NCBI GenBank assembly: GCA_020184695.1
Contig: JAANOX010000085.1
Coordinates: 62,001-126,000 of the forward strand
Length of the DNA: 64,000 nucleotides
Source: Histomonas meleagridis 2922-C6/04-290x
Taxonomy: Eukaryota; Protista; Parabasalia
Direction of reading: 5' to 3'
A program made the translations under genes and the position numbers. This document shows, piece by piece, positions 44,597 to 55,834 of the stretch (positions are counted from its first letter, which is position 1; each line of letters begins with the position of its first letter). The notes below the pieces were generated by a model that was not told where the DNA came from, made no database searches, and worked only from the letters and a program-made list of their open reading frames with translations.

Positions 44597-45469
44597 ATGG
44601 GCGGTCTTCCAAGCCAAGCTGTACTTGATCAAGTTGCCAAATCAACCGACATCCAAATGAATGAGGGTTTCAAGAAGAAGGATTTCCAACAACATCGTGG
44701 TGCAAACACAATTGATGGTGCTCTTAAATATTTGAACGAGATTGCTTGTGACCTTTCAAAGCAGGACTATAACAAATCTCCTCCAAAGGAGCTTTGCAAG
44801 GATAAGATATTGTTTATTTGCTGCAACACATACACCAAGCCAAAATATCAACTTGGTGTTGGACCTTTGAATGACTCAATTACATGTGCTGTAAACCATA
44901 TCAGAAGAGGGTTCAAGGTTTACTTTTTACACAATTCCACACCACACATCTTCATGAGATGGCTTAGATACATCCTTAAGAATTTCCAAAACACACTTAC
45001 CATTTTCTACACTGGTCATGGCGCTTCAATTAAGGATGTTTCTGGTGATGAAGATGATGGATATGATGAATGCATGGTATTCGATCATGGATATGTTCTT
45101 GATGATGACCTTGCTAAGCAATTATCCAGCTACGCCAAGAATGGTCATCGTGTTCTTCTTCTTACTGATTGCTGTCACTCAGGATCAATTTGGGATATCC
45201 AATCCAACCCACTCAAGAGAGATAGGCTTCCAAAGAACATCATGTCAATCTCCGCTGCTAAGGATGATCAAACTGCAAAGCAAACCAAGATGAATCAAAA
45301 GGATCAAGGTATCTTCTCCTACTTCTTCTGGAAGACATTGAACGAAAATCCAAAGATCACCAGCAAGCAAATGGGTGCTAAACTTAATCCATTACTTACC
45401 AAGTATCACCAATGCTACACTGATGCTGCAACTTCACCATCAATGCTTGATGAACCGATTTTCGAATAA
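44597..45469 (+). CDS. Metacaspase (peptidase C14)
   Basis: Catalytic dyad motifs FYTGHG and TDCCHSG; DGYDEC; MG start. Confidence 0.93.
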   Translation: MGGLPSQAVLDQVAKSTDIQMNEGFKKKDFQQHRGANTIDGALKYLNEIACDLSKQDYNKSPPKELCKDKILFICCNTYTKPKYQLGVGPLNDSITCAVNHIRRGFKVYFLHNSTPHIFMRWLRYILKNFQNTLTIFYTGHGASIKDVSGDEDDGYDECMVFDHGYVLDDDLAKQLSSYAKNGHRVLLLTDCCHSGSIWDIQSNPLKRDRLPKNIMSISAAKDDQTAKQTKMNQKDQGIFSYFFWKTLNENPKITSKQMGAKLNPLLTKYHQCYTDAATSPSMLDEPIFE

Positions 45470-45582
45470 ACAAAACCATTTCTCAACAACATTACTTGAG
45501 GAAAATTTGCAGAATGATCGAATTAAACATTTTTTTGGAGAAGTGTAACTCTTTTGTAAATTATTTAAAAAGTTATGGAAGC

Positions 45583-45602
45583 GTACGTTAACAATGTACG
45601 TT
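45583..45602 (+). promoter_or_regulatory. Tandem GTACGTT element upstream of ATG 45611
   Basis: GTACGTTAACAATGTACGTT, nearly identical to 59907-59927. Confidence 0.6.
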
Positions 45603-45610
45603 ATAACCAA

Positions 45611-47347
45611 ATGAGCTACACGATCAAAGAGCCTAATTTACCTGGATTCACAACAAAGAACATAAAAAATAGTAACCTAAAATCACAACATTTCAAGGTT
45701 GTTGCTGGTATGATGGTTACAAGACATCTCGATTCTAGAAGTGTAGATAATCAAATTGAAGCAACGCGTAAAAGATTAGAAGCAGCCCAATTAAAATCAC
45801 AAAGCTTTGGTCCAACTACATACGAAGCTAATTATACAGAGCCAGTTGTTCCAGAATCAATTGTTCTTCGTTTTTATGCTTATTTCAAACAAAGTATTAC
45901 AGAATCACAAGAAGAAACATTTCGTGTCCGATATGTTAAAATATATTTTTATACAGAAGATGATACAATAATGATTGAAGAACACAAAGAACGTAATTCT
46001 GGTATGGACCAAGGTGTTTTGCTTAGGAGGATGCGTGTTGAAAGATCGGATGGTCCTGGGTTTGGTTCATATTATCGAATTAATGATTTTTCTATTGGTG
46101 TTGACATCAATATAAATTCCATTGTTTATCATATTTATGATTGCGATGGATTTACACGTCGTTTTCTGTCGTCTAAAGGCATTGAAATGCCACAATCAGA
46201 GATTCCACCAGATGATCTTTATACATGTAAGCGAAAACTTACAGAACGTCCTATCCGTGTAACCTTTATTGACACAGACAAGACACATCTACGTGATTTC
46301 CTTGAGTATGATGGCAAAGTACTTCGATTTTACTCTGTGTGGGACGATAGTAATTCGATGTTTGGTGAAAAACGGAAATTTATAATTCATTTTTTCCTTG
46401 TTGATAAAACCATTGAAATCCGTCAAGTTCTTCCACCTAATTCCGGCCGAGATAAAGTTTCACAATTTCTTTCTAAGACGCATCTAAAGAATCCACAAAC
46501 AGGAAAAGATTATTGTGCGTCTGATCTTTACATTGGACAAATTGTTAATGTTTATGGTCGAGAATTTCTTATATATGATGCTGATCGATTTACTAAACAA
46601 TTTTTAGACTCAACATATGGTGCACATGATTGGACGCCTATTAATGTTGATGATACTAATCAATATGATGGAACGCAAACAAATGAAATTCCACCATATA
46701 ATGGATGGGGTGATGAAGAAGATTCACTTGGATATTGTACATCATTACATCCTACGCCACCACGAAAAGATAACATTAAACTTCTTAAGCATCAAGGAGA
46801 AATATTACGTTTCTTAGCTAAGTTTAAAAATAGTACGGTACAAGATAATGGAAGAATATTTGTTATTGCTTATTATCTTTTTGATGATACATTAGCAGTA
46901 TTTGAAAAGCCACGAAGAAATTCCGGATTTCAAGAAGGAACTTTTATTAAGAAAGGAAAGTATAAGAATAAATATACCGGAAAATATTTTTCTCCATCTG
47001 ATTTAATGGTTGGAGAAGTCATTACAATTAATTGTTATGAATTCATTATAACTGATGCAGATGAATACGCTTATAGTATGATGGAGGCTGATCCTGATAA
47101 TTATCCACAAGCTGATCTTAGTAACATTATAATGGGAATGAGAATGAATAAGGAAAATGTCCTCAAGTTGAAACAAATGTTCGGTGCTAATGATAAACAG
47201 AAAAATGGTTTCGTATATGAAAATGTTGCAAAAGATCTGCTGATGAATGTGATGGGTTTACATGAACATGAATGTATAACAGTTATGAGAAGATATAGAG
47301 AAAAGAACGGATTCAATTATGTGGCGCTATTGGATGTATTGAATTAA
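45611..47347 (+). CDS. EFHC1: EFHC1/Rib72 axonemal DM10-domain protein
   Basis: Three DM10 domains (VLRFYAYF, VLRFYSVWD, ILRFLAKF) and a C-terminal EF-like region. Start is 45611 (MSYTIKEPNLPG) or 45575. Confidence 0.9.
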   Translation: MSYTIKEPNLPGFTTKNIKNSNLKSQHFKVVAGMMVTRHLDSRSVDNQIEATRKRLEAAQLKSQSFGPTTYEANYTEPVVPESIVLRFYAYFKQSITESQEETFRVRYVKIYFYTEDDTIMIEEHKERNSGMDQGVLLRRMRVERSDGPGFGSYYRINDFSIGVDININSIVYHIYDCDGFTRRFLSSKGIEMPQSEIPPDDLYTCKRKLTERPIRVTFIDTDKTHLRDFLEYDGKVLRFYSVWDDSNSMFGEKRKFIIHFFLVDKTIEIRQVLPPNSGRDKVSQFLSKTHLKNPQTGKDYCASDLYIGQIVNVYGREFLIYDADRFTKQFLDSTYGAHDWTPINVDDTNQYDGTQTNEIPPYNGWGDEEDSLGYCTSLHPTPPRKDNIKLLKHQGEILRFLAKFKNSTVQDNGRIFVIAYYLFDDTLAVFEKPRRNSGFQEGTFIKKGKYKNKYTGKYFSPSDLMVGEVITINCYEFIITDADEYAYSMMEADPDNYPQADLSNIIMGMRMNKENVLKLKQMFGANDKQKNGFVYENVAKDLLMNVMGLHEHECITVMRRYREKNGFNYVALLDVLN

Positions 47348-47817
47348 TGGAAGTTATAAATTCCGCGAGAAATCTTTTATATTATTAAATAATCTAAAAT
47401 TAATTTTTTTAGTTATATAATTTCATATTCCAATAGTATTATGAACTGTCTTAATATGATTTTATCTTTATTTTAATATATAAAACAATATTTAAAAATA
47501 TTTAATCGGTGAATGAAATTTTAATTTTCATAAATGAATAGTCTAAATTATGTGTTTGAGTGTTAGGCATTTTAAACATATCCCATATGGAAACTTGATA
47601 ATAAAATTATTAAGATGTTACAGTATTTACTTGATATTGCAATTGCACCCGTAGCCGCACATTTTATTAATAAATGTTTACTCAATTCATTATCTAAAAT
47701 TTAATTGTTTCACACTAATTTCATCCAATTTCAAAAGTATGGAAATGTTTAACTCATTTTATTACTTATGAGAAGAAGAAACAAAAGATTTATATCGTTT
47801 ATTTAATCAAACCAAAT

Positions 47818-49359
47818 CTAAAACTCTTCTACGTTCCATTTGTGCTTAGACCAAAAGTGCACTGCGTTTGTTCTTGACATATTTCCGTGTGACTCCGCTA
47901 TTTCTATCATTATCGCCTTTATGTTTTCTTGCGCGGTACTTTCCGGGCCGCAATAATAAAACTGCGTCTTCACGTTTTTCCATATTTCCCAAAGCAAATT
48001 TGTGTTCTTCTTCATCACATCAGTGACATGTATTTTATCTTCTTCTCTCGAAATTGCTATGAATAACTTATTGATAACTCCATCAGCTTCATATTGCTGT
48101 AATAAATCAATGATTGGTTGACATAACTTACGTGATCGAAGGCCAAAGAATAGTGTACATGGTCCAAATCCTCCAGATTTTCGATGTTCCAATAATGATA
48201 AAACTGGTGCTATACCACTTCCTAATGCAGTGATTATTAATGGCGTAGACTTATCCGATGGATATTCAAAGGCTCCTTCACTAATTCGTATTGATATTCG
48301 TGTTGTAGTTTCTAATTGTAAGTAATGAGTAGCCAAACCGTAATAACCGTTGTCAAAACCGAAAAATACATCAGATACAACTAAATCAACTGTGCCTTCC
48401 CGCTCTGAGGCTACAGAATAATAACGCGGAACAATGACTTCCGAAAGAGAGAGAAAACGAGAAAGAGGATTTGCTGCATTAGGATATTTCATTAGGAATT
48501 CGGCTATTGTTTGGAGTTTGTTATCAAATGGTACTTTGATGGATGAAAATAACTCTTGGCTTGGCTTACAATTAAGGTCAATGAATTGGGTGAAAAGTTG
48601 TTTCATTGATAATATCTTTGGGAAAAACTTATTGGCGCTTGTTATCTTGATAACAGTATTAGCATTAACGCCAATGCGTTCTAAAACTTTTGCAACAACT
48701 TGCCCATCATTTTCTGGCATAATTAATACTTGATCACCTGCTTTGTAAGTAAAACCATTTGGTAATTGGATGGTGTACCTATGCATGCTTGGAGAATAGT
48801 CATTTGTCAAAAGTTCTTTTTTGATTATTTGTGCATATTTAAATCCTTTTGGACAAATCTCATTAACTGTCTCGTTAACTTCTTCAATTTGGAATTTAGG
48901 TGGTGAATCAGATTCGCTCTTAAAAGCTTTCATCGCTTCTGTCACATCAGTAATGAATTTTTCAATTTTTCCAACTCCATAATCAGGTTCACAACGATCT
49001 GATTTAACGTAAGGAAGAAATGGTTGCGCGCCTGCATTTTGAAGTATCTTGTATAAGTTATTACCTGCACGGCAGAATAATGGGTAATAGCTACTTCCAA
49101 GACCAAGTAAAGCAAACTTTAAGTGACTTAAGTTAACTGGGGCTGAGGTTAAGCTTGTAATGAAGTCTCCACTGTTTGAAGGAAATTGTCCATTTCCAAA
49201 AGTGGAAATTACAAAAATTCCATAATTTGCTTTAGTCAGTTTTTCAATAGATAGCTCATTAAACACTACTGCTTCAACTCCTAAGTTTTCGGCAATTCTA
49301 GTTGCAGCATTCTTTGAAGCGCCGCGCGTTGTGCCATAAGCAACAACAATTCCTGACAT
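47818..49359 (-). CDS. Diflavin (FMN/FAD) NAD(P)H oxidoreductase, CPR/NDOR1-like
   Basis: Flavodoxin motifs YGTTRGAS, STFGNG, LGLGSSYYPLFC; RYYSVAS, GSGIAP, FFGLR, YYCGP; ATG at 49359. Confidence 0.9.
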   Translation of the reverse strand: MSGIVVAYGTTRGASKNAATRIAENLGVEAVVFNELSIEKLTKANYGIFVISTFGNGQFPSNSGDFITSLTSAPVNLSHLKFALLGLGSSYYPLFCRAGNNLYKILQNAGAQPFLPYVKSDRCEPDYGVGKIEKFITDVTEAMKAFKSESDSPPKFQIEEVNETVNEICPKGFKYAQIIKKELLTNDYSPSMHRYTIQLPNGFTYKAGDQVLIMPENDGQVVAKVLERIGVNANTVIKITSANKFFPKILSMKQLFTQFIDLNCKPSQELFSSIKVPFDNKLQTIAEFLMKYPNAANPLSRFLSLSEVIVPRYYSVASEREGTVDLVVSDVFFGFDNGYYGLATHYLQLETTTRISIRISEGAFEYPSDKSTPLIITALGSGIAPVLSLLEHRKSGGFGPCTLFFGLRSRKLCQPIIDLLQQYEADGVINKLFIAISREEDKIHVTDVMKKNTNLLWEIWKNVKTQFYYCGPESTAQENIKAIMIEIAESHGNMSRTNAVHFWSKHKWNVEEF

Positions 49360-49722
49360 ATATTTGATTGCCACTTGGCGAAAAAAACCGTTTTTTCTGA
49401 CTACAGTTTTTTGAATCAAAAAATGAGGCAAATCGTGTTGTTCCATTAGACTTAAAACGAAAGAAAAGCTGAAAACAAGGCCTATCGTTATCGGAATATT
49501 GTGAACCTAGTTTTACTTTAGAAGTAAAAATTTTTTTACAAAGATTGCATTATATAAATATATGATAATTTCCATATTAAATGTGATAATTTATTTTACA
49601 GAATTTAAGATTTTGATAAATTTATCTTAAAATGGATGGAATAATAGATTATTATCGAATAAACTAATTTTATTAGATTTTTTTGATTTGGGGTGTCCCA
49701 TTCGTTTAGAAATAATTGGAAA

Positions 49723-51294
49723 ATGGAGGAAACAAAAGCAATTGAGTTTTCTCTCAATTATAGGTTCTTTGATAATGCGCTTCTCATTTGCCAGGAGTTG
49801 TTTGCTAAGACTCCTACACCTGAAATTCTATATTTTTATATACAAGCATATCTCGGATTAAATTCACCTAAACAAGCTTCAATTCTTTGCAAGCAAAATG
49901 AACACATTATTTCACAAAGTCCTCGGCTACAAATTTTATATGCTCAATGTTTATTTGAAACTGGACAATTTTCACAATCAGAACTTATCTTAAAACCTCT
50001 CTTCTCCAATCAAACAATCAATGATGAAATGCGCTCTGCTATTGCTTACATGTCTGGAATGATCAAACTTAGGACACATCAACACGAATCTTCACAAAAA
50101 GATTTTACAAACTCAATAAAACTTCAACCACTTCTTCTTACAGCTGTACCATATTCCAAAAAGGAAGATCCAATCATAGCAACACCACAAGAAAGGCTTC
50201 AAAAAAGATCTCTACTCACACCAACACAACTTCGTTCTAAGCGCACAACACCAATCCGTAAATCTCTTGATACCAAATCACATCGTTCTGTTTCATCTTC
50301 ATATACCACTCAATTGCTTCGATCCGTTAATTATCCATTTCCAATTATCAAACAACTTCCGACTGAACTTTCTACATCAATTATTGCGCTTAAAACGCTT
50401 GGTTTGTATTACTTTAAATGTGCTAAATATAATGAAGCTGCTCCAATTTTTGCGCGTCTTTATCAATTGCATCCACATACAATCGAAGGAATTGATATAT
50501 ATTCCACAGTATTGTGGCAACTAAAAGATGAACGTACACTTGATCAACTTGCACGAAGAGCAATTGAACTTGCTCCATCACGAGCTGAGCCATGGATAGC
50601 AGTTGGCAACTTGTTATCACTTCAACATAATACTGAAGGAGCAATACAAATGTTTCAACGTGCGTCATCGATTGATCGCTCTAATTCATATTCATTAGCA
50701 CTTGCGGGACATGAAATGCTTCTATTGGATTCATTAGCAGAAGCTGCGAAACTTTTTAGACAATCAATAGATATAAATCCTAATGAATGGAGCGCATGGT
50801 ATGGAATTGGATCTGTACATTTTCGACAAGACAATTTTGGTGCTGCCGAATATTATACGAAGAAAGCACTTGAGTTAAATCCAATGAATTCCGTATTATA
50901 TTATGTTTATGGAATGGTAATGTGTAAATGTAATCGAAATGAGGAGGCAATAGAAATGTTTGATAAAGCTTTAGAATTAGATAAAAATAATTTGGTCGCT
51001 GCATATCAAAAGGCTGTTTTATTATTCGATGATGGCGACATAAAGAACGCTACAAAATGTTTGGAAATGGCTGAGCCATTGTCACCACATGAGCCAGGTG
51101 TTTCGTATTTAAGAGCAAAAATTGCACAGAAAATTGGCGACTATCAAAAGGCAACTTCTTTATTCACACAAGCTTTGATATATGGTTACCCGGACAAGAA
51201 AGAAATTAATGCAGAAATAGAAATGATGTCAGAAAAAACAATTGCTTCTATTTTAAAGGAACAAAAAGAGGATGAAAAAAAATCGAATAAATAA
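49723..51294 (+). CDS. CDC27: APC/C subunit CDC27/APC3 (TPR)
   Basis: TPR array with GIDIYSTVLWQL, EPWIAVGNLLSLQH, LAGHE, AWYGIG; ATG at 49723. Confidence 0.88.
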   Translation: MEETKAIEFSLNYRFFDNALLICQELFAKTPTPEILYFYIQAYLGLNSPKQASILCKQNEHIISQSPRLQILYAQCLFETGQFSQSELILKPLFSNQTINDEMRSAIAYMSGMIKLRTHQHESSQKDFTNSIKLQPLLLTAVPYSKKEDPIIATPQERLQKRSLLTPTQLRSKRTTPIRKSLDTKSHRSVSSSYTTQLLRSVNYPFPIIKQLPTELSTSIIALKTLGLYYFKCAKYNEAAPIFARLYQLHPHTIEGIDIYSTVLWQLKDERTLDQLARRAIELAPSRAEPWIAVGNLLSLQHNTEGAIQMFQRASSIDRSNSYSLALAGHEMLLLDSLAEAAKLFRQSIDINPNEWSAWYGIGSVHFRQDNFGAAEYYTKKALELNPMNSVLYYVYGMVMCKCNRNEEAIEMFDKALELDKNNLVAAYQKAVLLFDDGDIKNATKCLEMAEPLSPHEPGVSYLRAKIAQKIGDYQKATSLFTQALIYGYPDKKEINAEIEMMSEKTIASILKEQKEDEKKSNK

Positions 51295-52200
51295 ATATTA
51301 ATGTAAAAATATTATTTAATCAAAAGGAATAACCACTCAAAATTTCCTTGAAATCTGTATCAAAATATCTTCCACAATGATTTGGCTAACTAATACAATG
51401 GGATATAACATGCTGCTGATTAAAATGTCAACATCATCTCACCTTGTGGCATAAAAAGCCATTTTTATATATCTTAGATATACAGCTATCTATTACATGG
51501 GACATGCTTTTGTCCAAACAATGTTCAATTTGAAATTATTTAATGGAACCTTTGCAAATTGGATTGTCATCTATTAGGAGAATGAAGTGATAAGAACACA
51601 GACAGTGCATTTTGTCGTTCGAGAATGACATGACCGTAGATTTGTTTTCGTAACAAAACAATGTGTATATGTATATAAATACAGATAAATGAAATTTTTT
51701 TCATAAAAAAATTCATTTCGTTAAAATAACAAATTATTAAACAATAAATAATTTCAACTTATGATATATTAAGTCAATAATTTTGGTTCGATTATATTGA
51801 AAGAAAAAGCATTTGAATTCAAAATTAAAATCAATTTCAATTTCCTAAAGTTAATAAATATGTTTTCATGATCATATTTAAAGATAATATATTTATGGAA
51901 TTATTTTGTTATTTCAAATGATGAAATGATTTTTTTCTTTAACAAAACTTAAGATTGTTTCATGAATTCAGAAGAGGTTACACACTAATATACTTACAAA
52001 TTTACCTTATTCTTCATTCATGAGCTATTTAATCTCAACAACGCTAAGAAAGAAATTAAAGTTATTACCTCTGAGCTTAATGTTTATTATTTTAAAAATT
52101 ATAATGAATGTCTTGTATACAATCAGAAATTCAAATATATATTTACAACAAAACTATATCATTTTCATGAAGAAATTATATCAAAAATGTTAAGTCGGGA

Positions 52201-54228
52201 CTACACTTTATTTCTATTAAATAAATTAATTATATCCTTAAAACGTTTTTTAGATGCATACGTAAGTGCTGTTTTAAATAATTTAAATAATTCCCAAATA
52301 TTATTTTAATACACAAAATTATTAATACAAATTTCAAATATAAAATATAAATATCTTTAGCATTAATATCAATTCCTTCTTGTTCTAGAAGTAATTTAAC
52401 TATTTCTGTATAACCCTTTTCAGATGCATACATAAGTGCTGTTTTAAATAATTTAAATAATTTCCAAATATTATTTTGAAATATCAAATTATTAAAATAA
52501 ATTTTAAATAAAACAAATGAATATCTTTAGCATTAATATCAATTCCTTCTTGTTCAAGAAGTAATTTAACTATTTCTGTATGACCTTCTTCAGATGCCCA
52601 TATAAGTGCTGCAATAAATAATTTAAATAATTTCCAAATATTATTTTGAAATCGCAAATTATTAAAATATTTACAAAATAAATCAAAGAAATATTTTTAG
52701 CATTAATATCAATTCCTTCTTGTTCAAGAAGTAATTTAACGATTTCTATACGACCATAGCTAGATGCCCATATAAGCGCTGTTTTAAATAATTTAAATAA
52801 TTTCCAAATATTATTTTGAAATCGCAAATTATTAAAATAAATATTAAATAAAACAAATGAATATCTTTAGCATTAATATCAATTCCTTCTTGTTCAAGAA
52901 ATAATTCAACTATTTCCCTATAATCACGTAAAGATGCTAAAATAAGTGCTGTATCAAATAATTTAAATAATTTCCAAATATTATTTTGAAATCCAAAATT
53001 ATTAAAATATTTACAAAATAAATCAAAGAAACACCTTTAGCATTAATGTTAATAACTTTTTGTTTTAATATATGTTCAACAAGTTCAATATTTTCCAATT
53101 CTGGAGATAATAACAAAATATCTTCTGGAATTGGATTTTCTTTCAAAAAATGTTTGACTAGATAAAGATTTCCATTACTTGCTGTTTCTTTAATAATATA
53201 TTTATTGATTTTCATTCCATTTTTCTGTAAAAACATAAAAATTTCAATGTTCCAAAACATAATACATTTCATTCCTAATTCTTCCAAATTATCAATTTTT
53301 TCTATTTTGTTTTCATAAATATATTTAAAGATATCATTTCGATGATATTCAATTGCTATTTCATATGCTCTATAAAATGATGAATGATTTTGTTCACATA
53401 AATGAATGATTTCTCTATTTCCACCTGCAACTGCATATTTACCTGCATATGTTACATCTGCTCCATTCATAAGTAAAAATTTAAAACATTTAATAGCACC
53501 AAAAAATGCAGCATAATCAATTAATGAAACAAATTGCCCTGTAATAAGTGAACATCGTTCATATGGAGATGGGTCTTTTTCTTGATTAAAATCGAAATCA
53601 TTTTGTGATGATATTTCTTGAAGTTTTCCTATTGAATCACTTCGAATTATTTTCGCAATTTCATTTGGATTAAATCCTTCTTCAATTAACTTCTTATGAA
53701 GTTCCCAATCATTTTTTGATAGCTTTTCATAATTCACAATAATTGATTTAAAGGAATCTTCTTGTTCTTGTGAATTTCTTCTTTAGACATATAATGCACA
53801 AAATATGGATCTCTCTCGGCTTTTAATGTTTTCAATGTTTTTGGATCAAGAATATTATGTTCACACATTTTAAAAAGTGGATATCTTGTTTCTTGAAAAA
53901 TAAATCTTGAAATAAGACATTTAGCAAATACATTGAAAATTTTAGATTTGACTTTATTAGTTTCTTGAAATTTTTCAACATCACGCATAAAATTTAAATA
54001 TATATCAAAATCATTCTTTGCATTAAAAATACATATAAAAATAAATTGGCTTATAACTATATTGAATGAATGTGGACAACTATAATCAAATATGGAAATA
54101 ATTGATTGAGCTGATTGAAAAATATTTTCTTTATTTAAGCCAAATATGATTCGTTGAATTGATTCAATAAGATCCATTTCTTTTGTACTATGGTTCTGAT
54201 ATTTTTTATTTGAATTTGTTTTTTCCAT
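52201..54228 (-). CDS. Ankyrin-repeat gene B: same architecture as gene A, five 80-nt spacers, intact terminal capping block and stop, 1-nt frameshift near 53740
   Basis: ORFs 53734..54228 and 52937..53737. 90-nt ankyrin blocks at 52863-52952, 52693-52782, 52523-52612 and 52353-52442, then TALTYASKKRFKDIINLFNRNKV* at 52201-52272. Confidence 0.85.
52273..53032 (-). repeat. 170-nt tandem array (ankyrin block + 80-nt spacer)
   Basis: Spacers at 52953-53032, 52783-52862, 52613-52692, 52443-52522 and 52273-52352, each exactly 80 nt. Confidence 0.95.
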
Positions 54229-54350
54229 CTTAAATAAAAACTGATATGTCGGTTTTGACTCCTTTCAATTTACAACATCTTATCAAAATCGCTTGAAGAT
54301 TTTCTAAATGAAAATTTATTACTTGTAAAGTGAATATAATTAAGAAAAGA

Positions 54351-54480
54351 TTAGACATTATTAATTCCTTTTTGTTCGAGAAGTAATTCAACATTTTATG
54401 CATTACCATTATTAAATGCAACCATAAGTTTCAATTCAAATACATTTCATAACTCCAAATTTTGCTTTAAAATGAAAAAT
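54351..54480 (-). pseudogene. Decayed ankyrin block plus the 3' half of a spacer, just upstream of gene B
   Basis: Minus strand LMVAFNNGNA*NVELLLEQKGINNV* (54428-54351), preceded by aaaatttggagttatgaaatgtatttg, which resembles the spacer 3' end. Confidence 0.6.
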
Positions 54481-54574
54481 TTTTAAAACACATATAATAT
54501 TATATTTAAGATAGAAAATGTTTTTGCATTATAAATGGATGATGGACCGATCAGAATTGATTCAATTATAATCG

Positions 54575-55474
54575 ATGGAAAGTTCTGATCCCATCACTTT
54601 TCTCCATAAAGCAAGTATTAAAGATATAATAATAACTCACTTGGTAGGACTTGCAAAGGTTCCAATTTTTACTGCATTATTTACAATTTCATTCTTTTAC
54701 ACATTATGCTCAAAATTAATTCTTATAAAAAAAATCCGTGATTTTGTTGTCGGTAAAATGTGCGGAATTGCATATCGAGTGATGCTTTTTTTGACTGGAT
54801 TATTTACTATATATGTTCAGCCAACATCTGTTACAGATCGTTTCTCAGCAGTTGCTGAAAATCGTGATCCTGAAAGCGGAGATATAATAATTGCCAATTG
54901 TTCTTCTTATCTAAACATATTATGGCTTCAATCCACGTATAATCCAATCTTTGCTATTCCTGTATCACCAACAGAAGTTGTCACCAAAACAATTCACCAA
55001 CTCCTTAATGAAATATTATCGGTAAAGCCATTAACCAAAGGTAGAAAAATTACTTTCACACAATTAATTGAATATGCCAAAAAGGAGCAAAAACCAATTG
55101 TTTTATTCCCTGAAGCAGCAGTAACTAACGGCAAATGTGTTATTAAGTTCCAAACCTTTGGACAAGATACAGATTTTAGTGATACTCGATTTCACATTTT
55201 TGGATTTGTTCATTTTGATGGTAAACTTAATCCTAATTTCACAAAGGGACCTGGATTATATCATCTATTTTTAATGATTGGAAGGATTGTTTCTGGGCTG
55301 AAGGTTAAAGTAGTTGAAGAATCAGAAATACCAAAATTAGAGAACAACAAAATCGATGCAAAATGGATTTCAAAATGCAGAAACATTCTTGCAACAATTA
55401 TGGGTGTGCCAATGGTTGATGTTGATGGAATGGAAATAGATAACTCTGGTGTGAAAAAAGTTCACAAAGATTAA
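54575..55474 (+). CDS. Lysophospholipid acyltransferase-like protein (PlsC fold; Loa1/Vps66-like)
   Basis: N-terminal TM segments, motif I IIIANCSSYLN, motif III PIVLFPEAAVTNG. Confidence 0.7.
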   Translation: MESSDPITFLHKASIKDIIITHLVGLAKVPIFTALFTISFFYTLCSKLILIKKIRDFVVGKMCGIAYRVMLFLTGLFTIYVQPTSVTDRFSAVAENRDPESGDIIIANCSSYLNILWLQSTYNPIFAIPVSPTEVVTKTIHQLLNEILSVKPLTKGRKITFTQLIEYAKKEQKPIVLFPEAAVTNGKCVIKFQTFGQDTDFSDTRFHIFGFVHFDGKLNPNFTKGPGLYHLFLMIGRIVSGLKVKVVEESEIPKLENNKIDAKWISKCRNILATIMGVPMVDVDGMEIDNSGVKKVHKD

Positions 55475-55834
55475 CTCATCGAATACAAATTAAACTTTTT
55501 TTAATTTATTTTTATGGTTTTGAAAATTTTAAATCTTGGAAATGAAGACTGCTTCTAATTGTAAAAGATTTGATTTTCAAAACAATTGATCTTTAATGAC
55601 ATAGCATAAATTTTTAAACAAAATTGAATATAAGACGTCCCAATAAAGTATCATTATTCAATCCACGAAATTATAAAGTTTTATTTTTCATGTGTTGTTT
55701 TTTTTGCGGGTAAATCACTTCAATTTTTGAATTAAGTCAAAATTTTCTTAGAAAATATTGAATAAAAAAGCAAGTTTTTGTATGATAACATTTATAAACG
55801 TACATTTACGACAAAATCAAAATTTAACAGTTAT

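Noticed and set aside
51360-51640. Possible minus-strand membrane-protein relic
   Set aside because: Too many stops and no recognisable motif to support a call.
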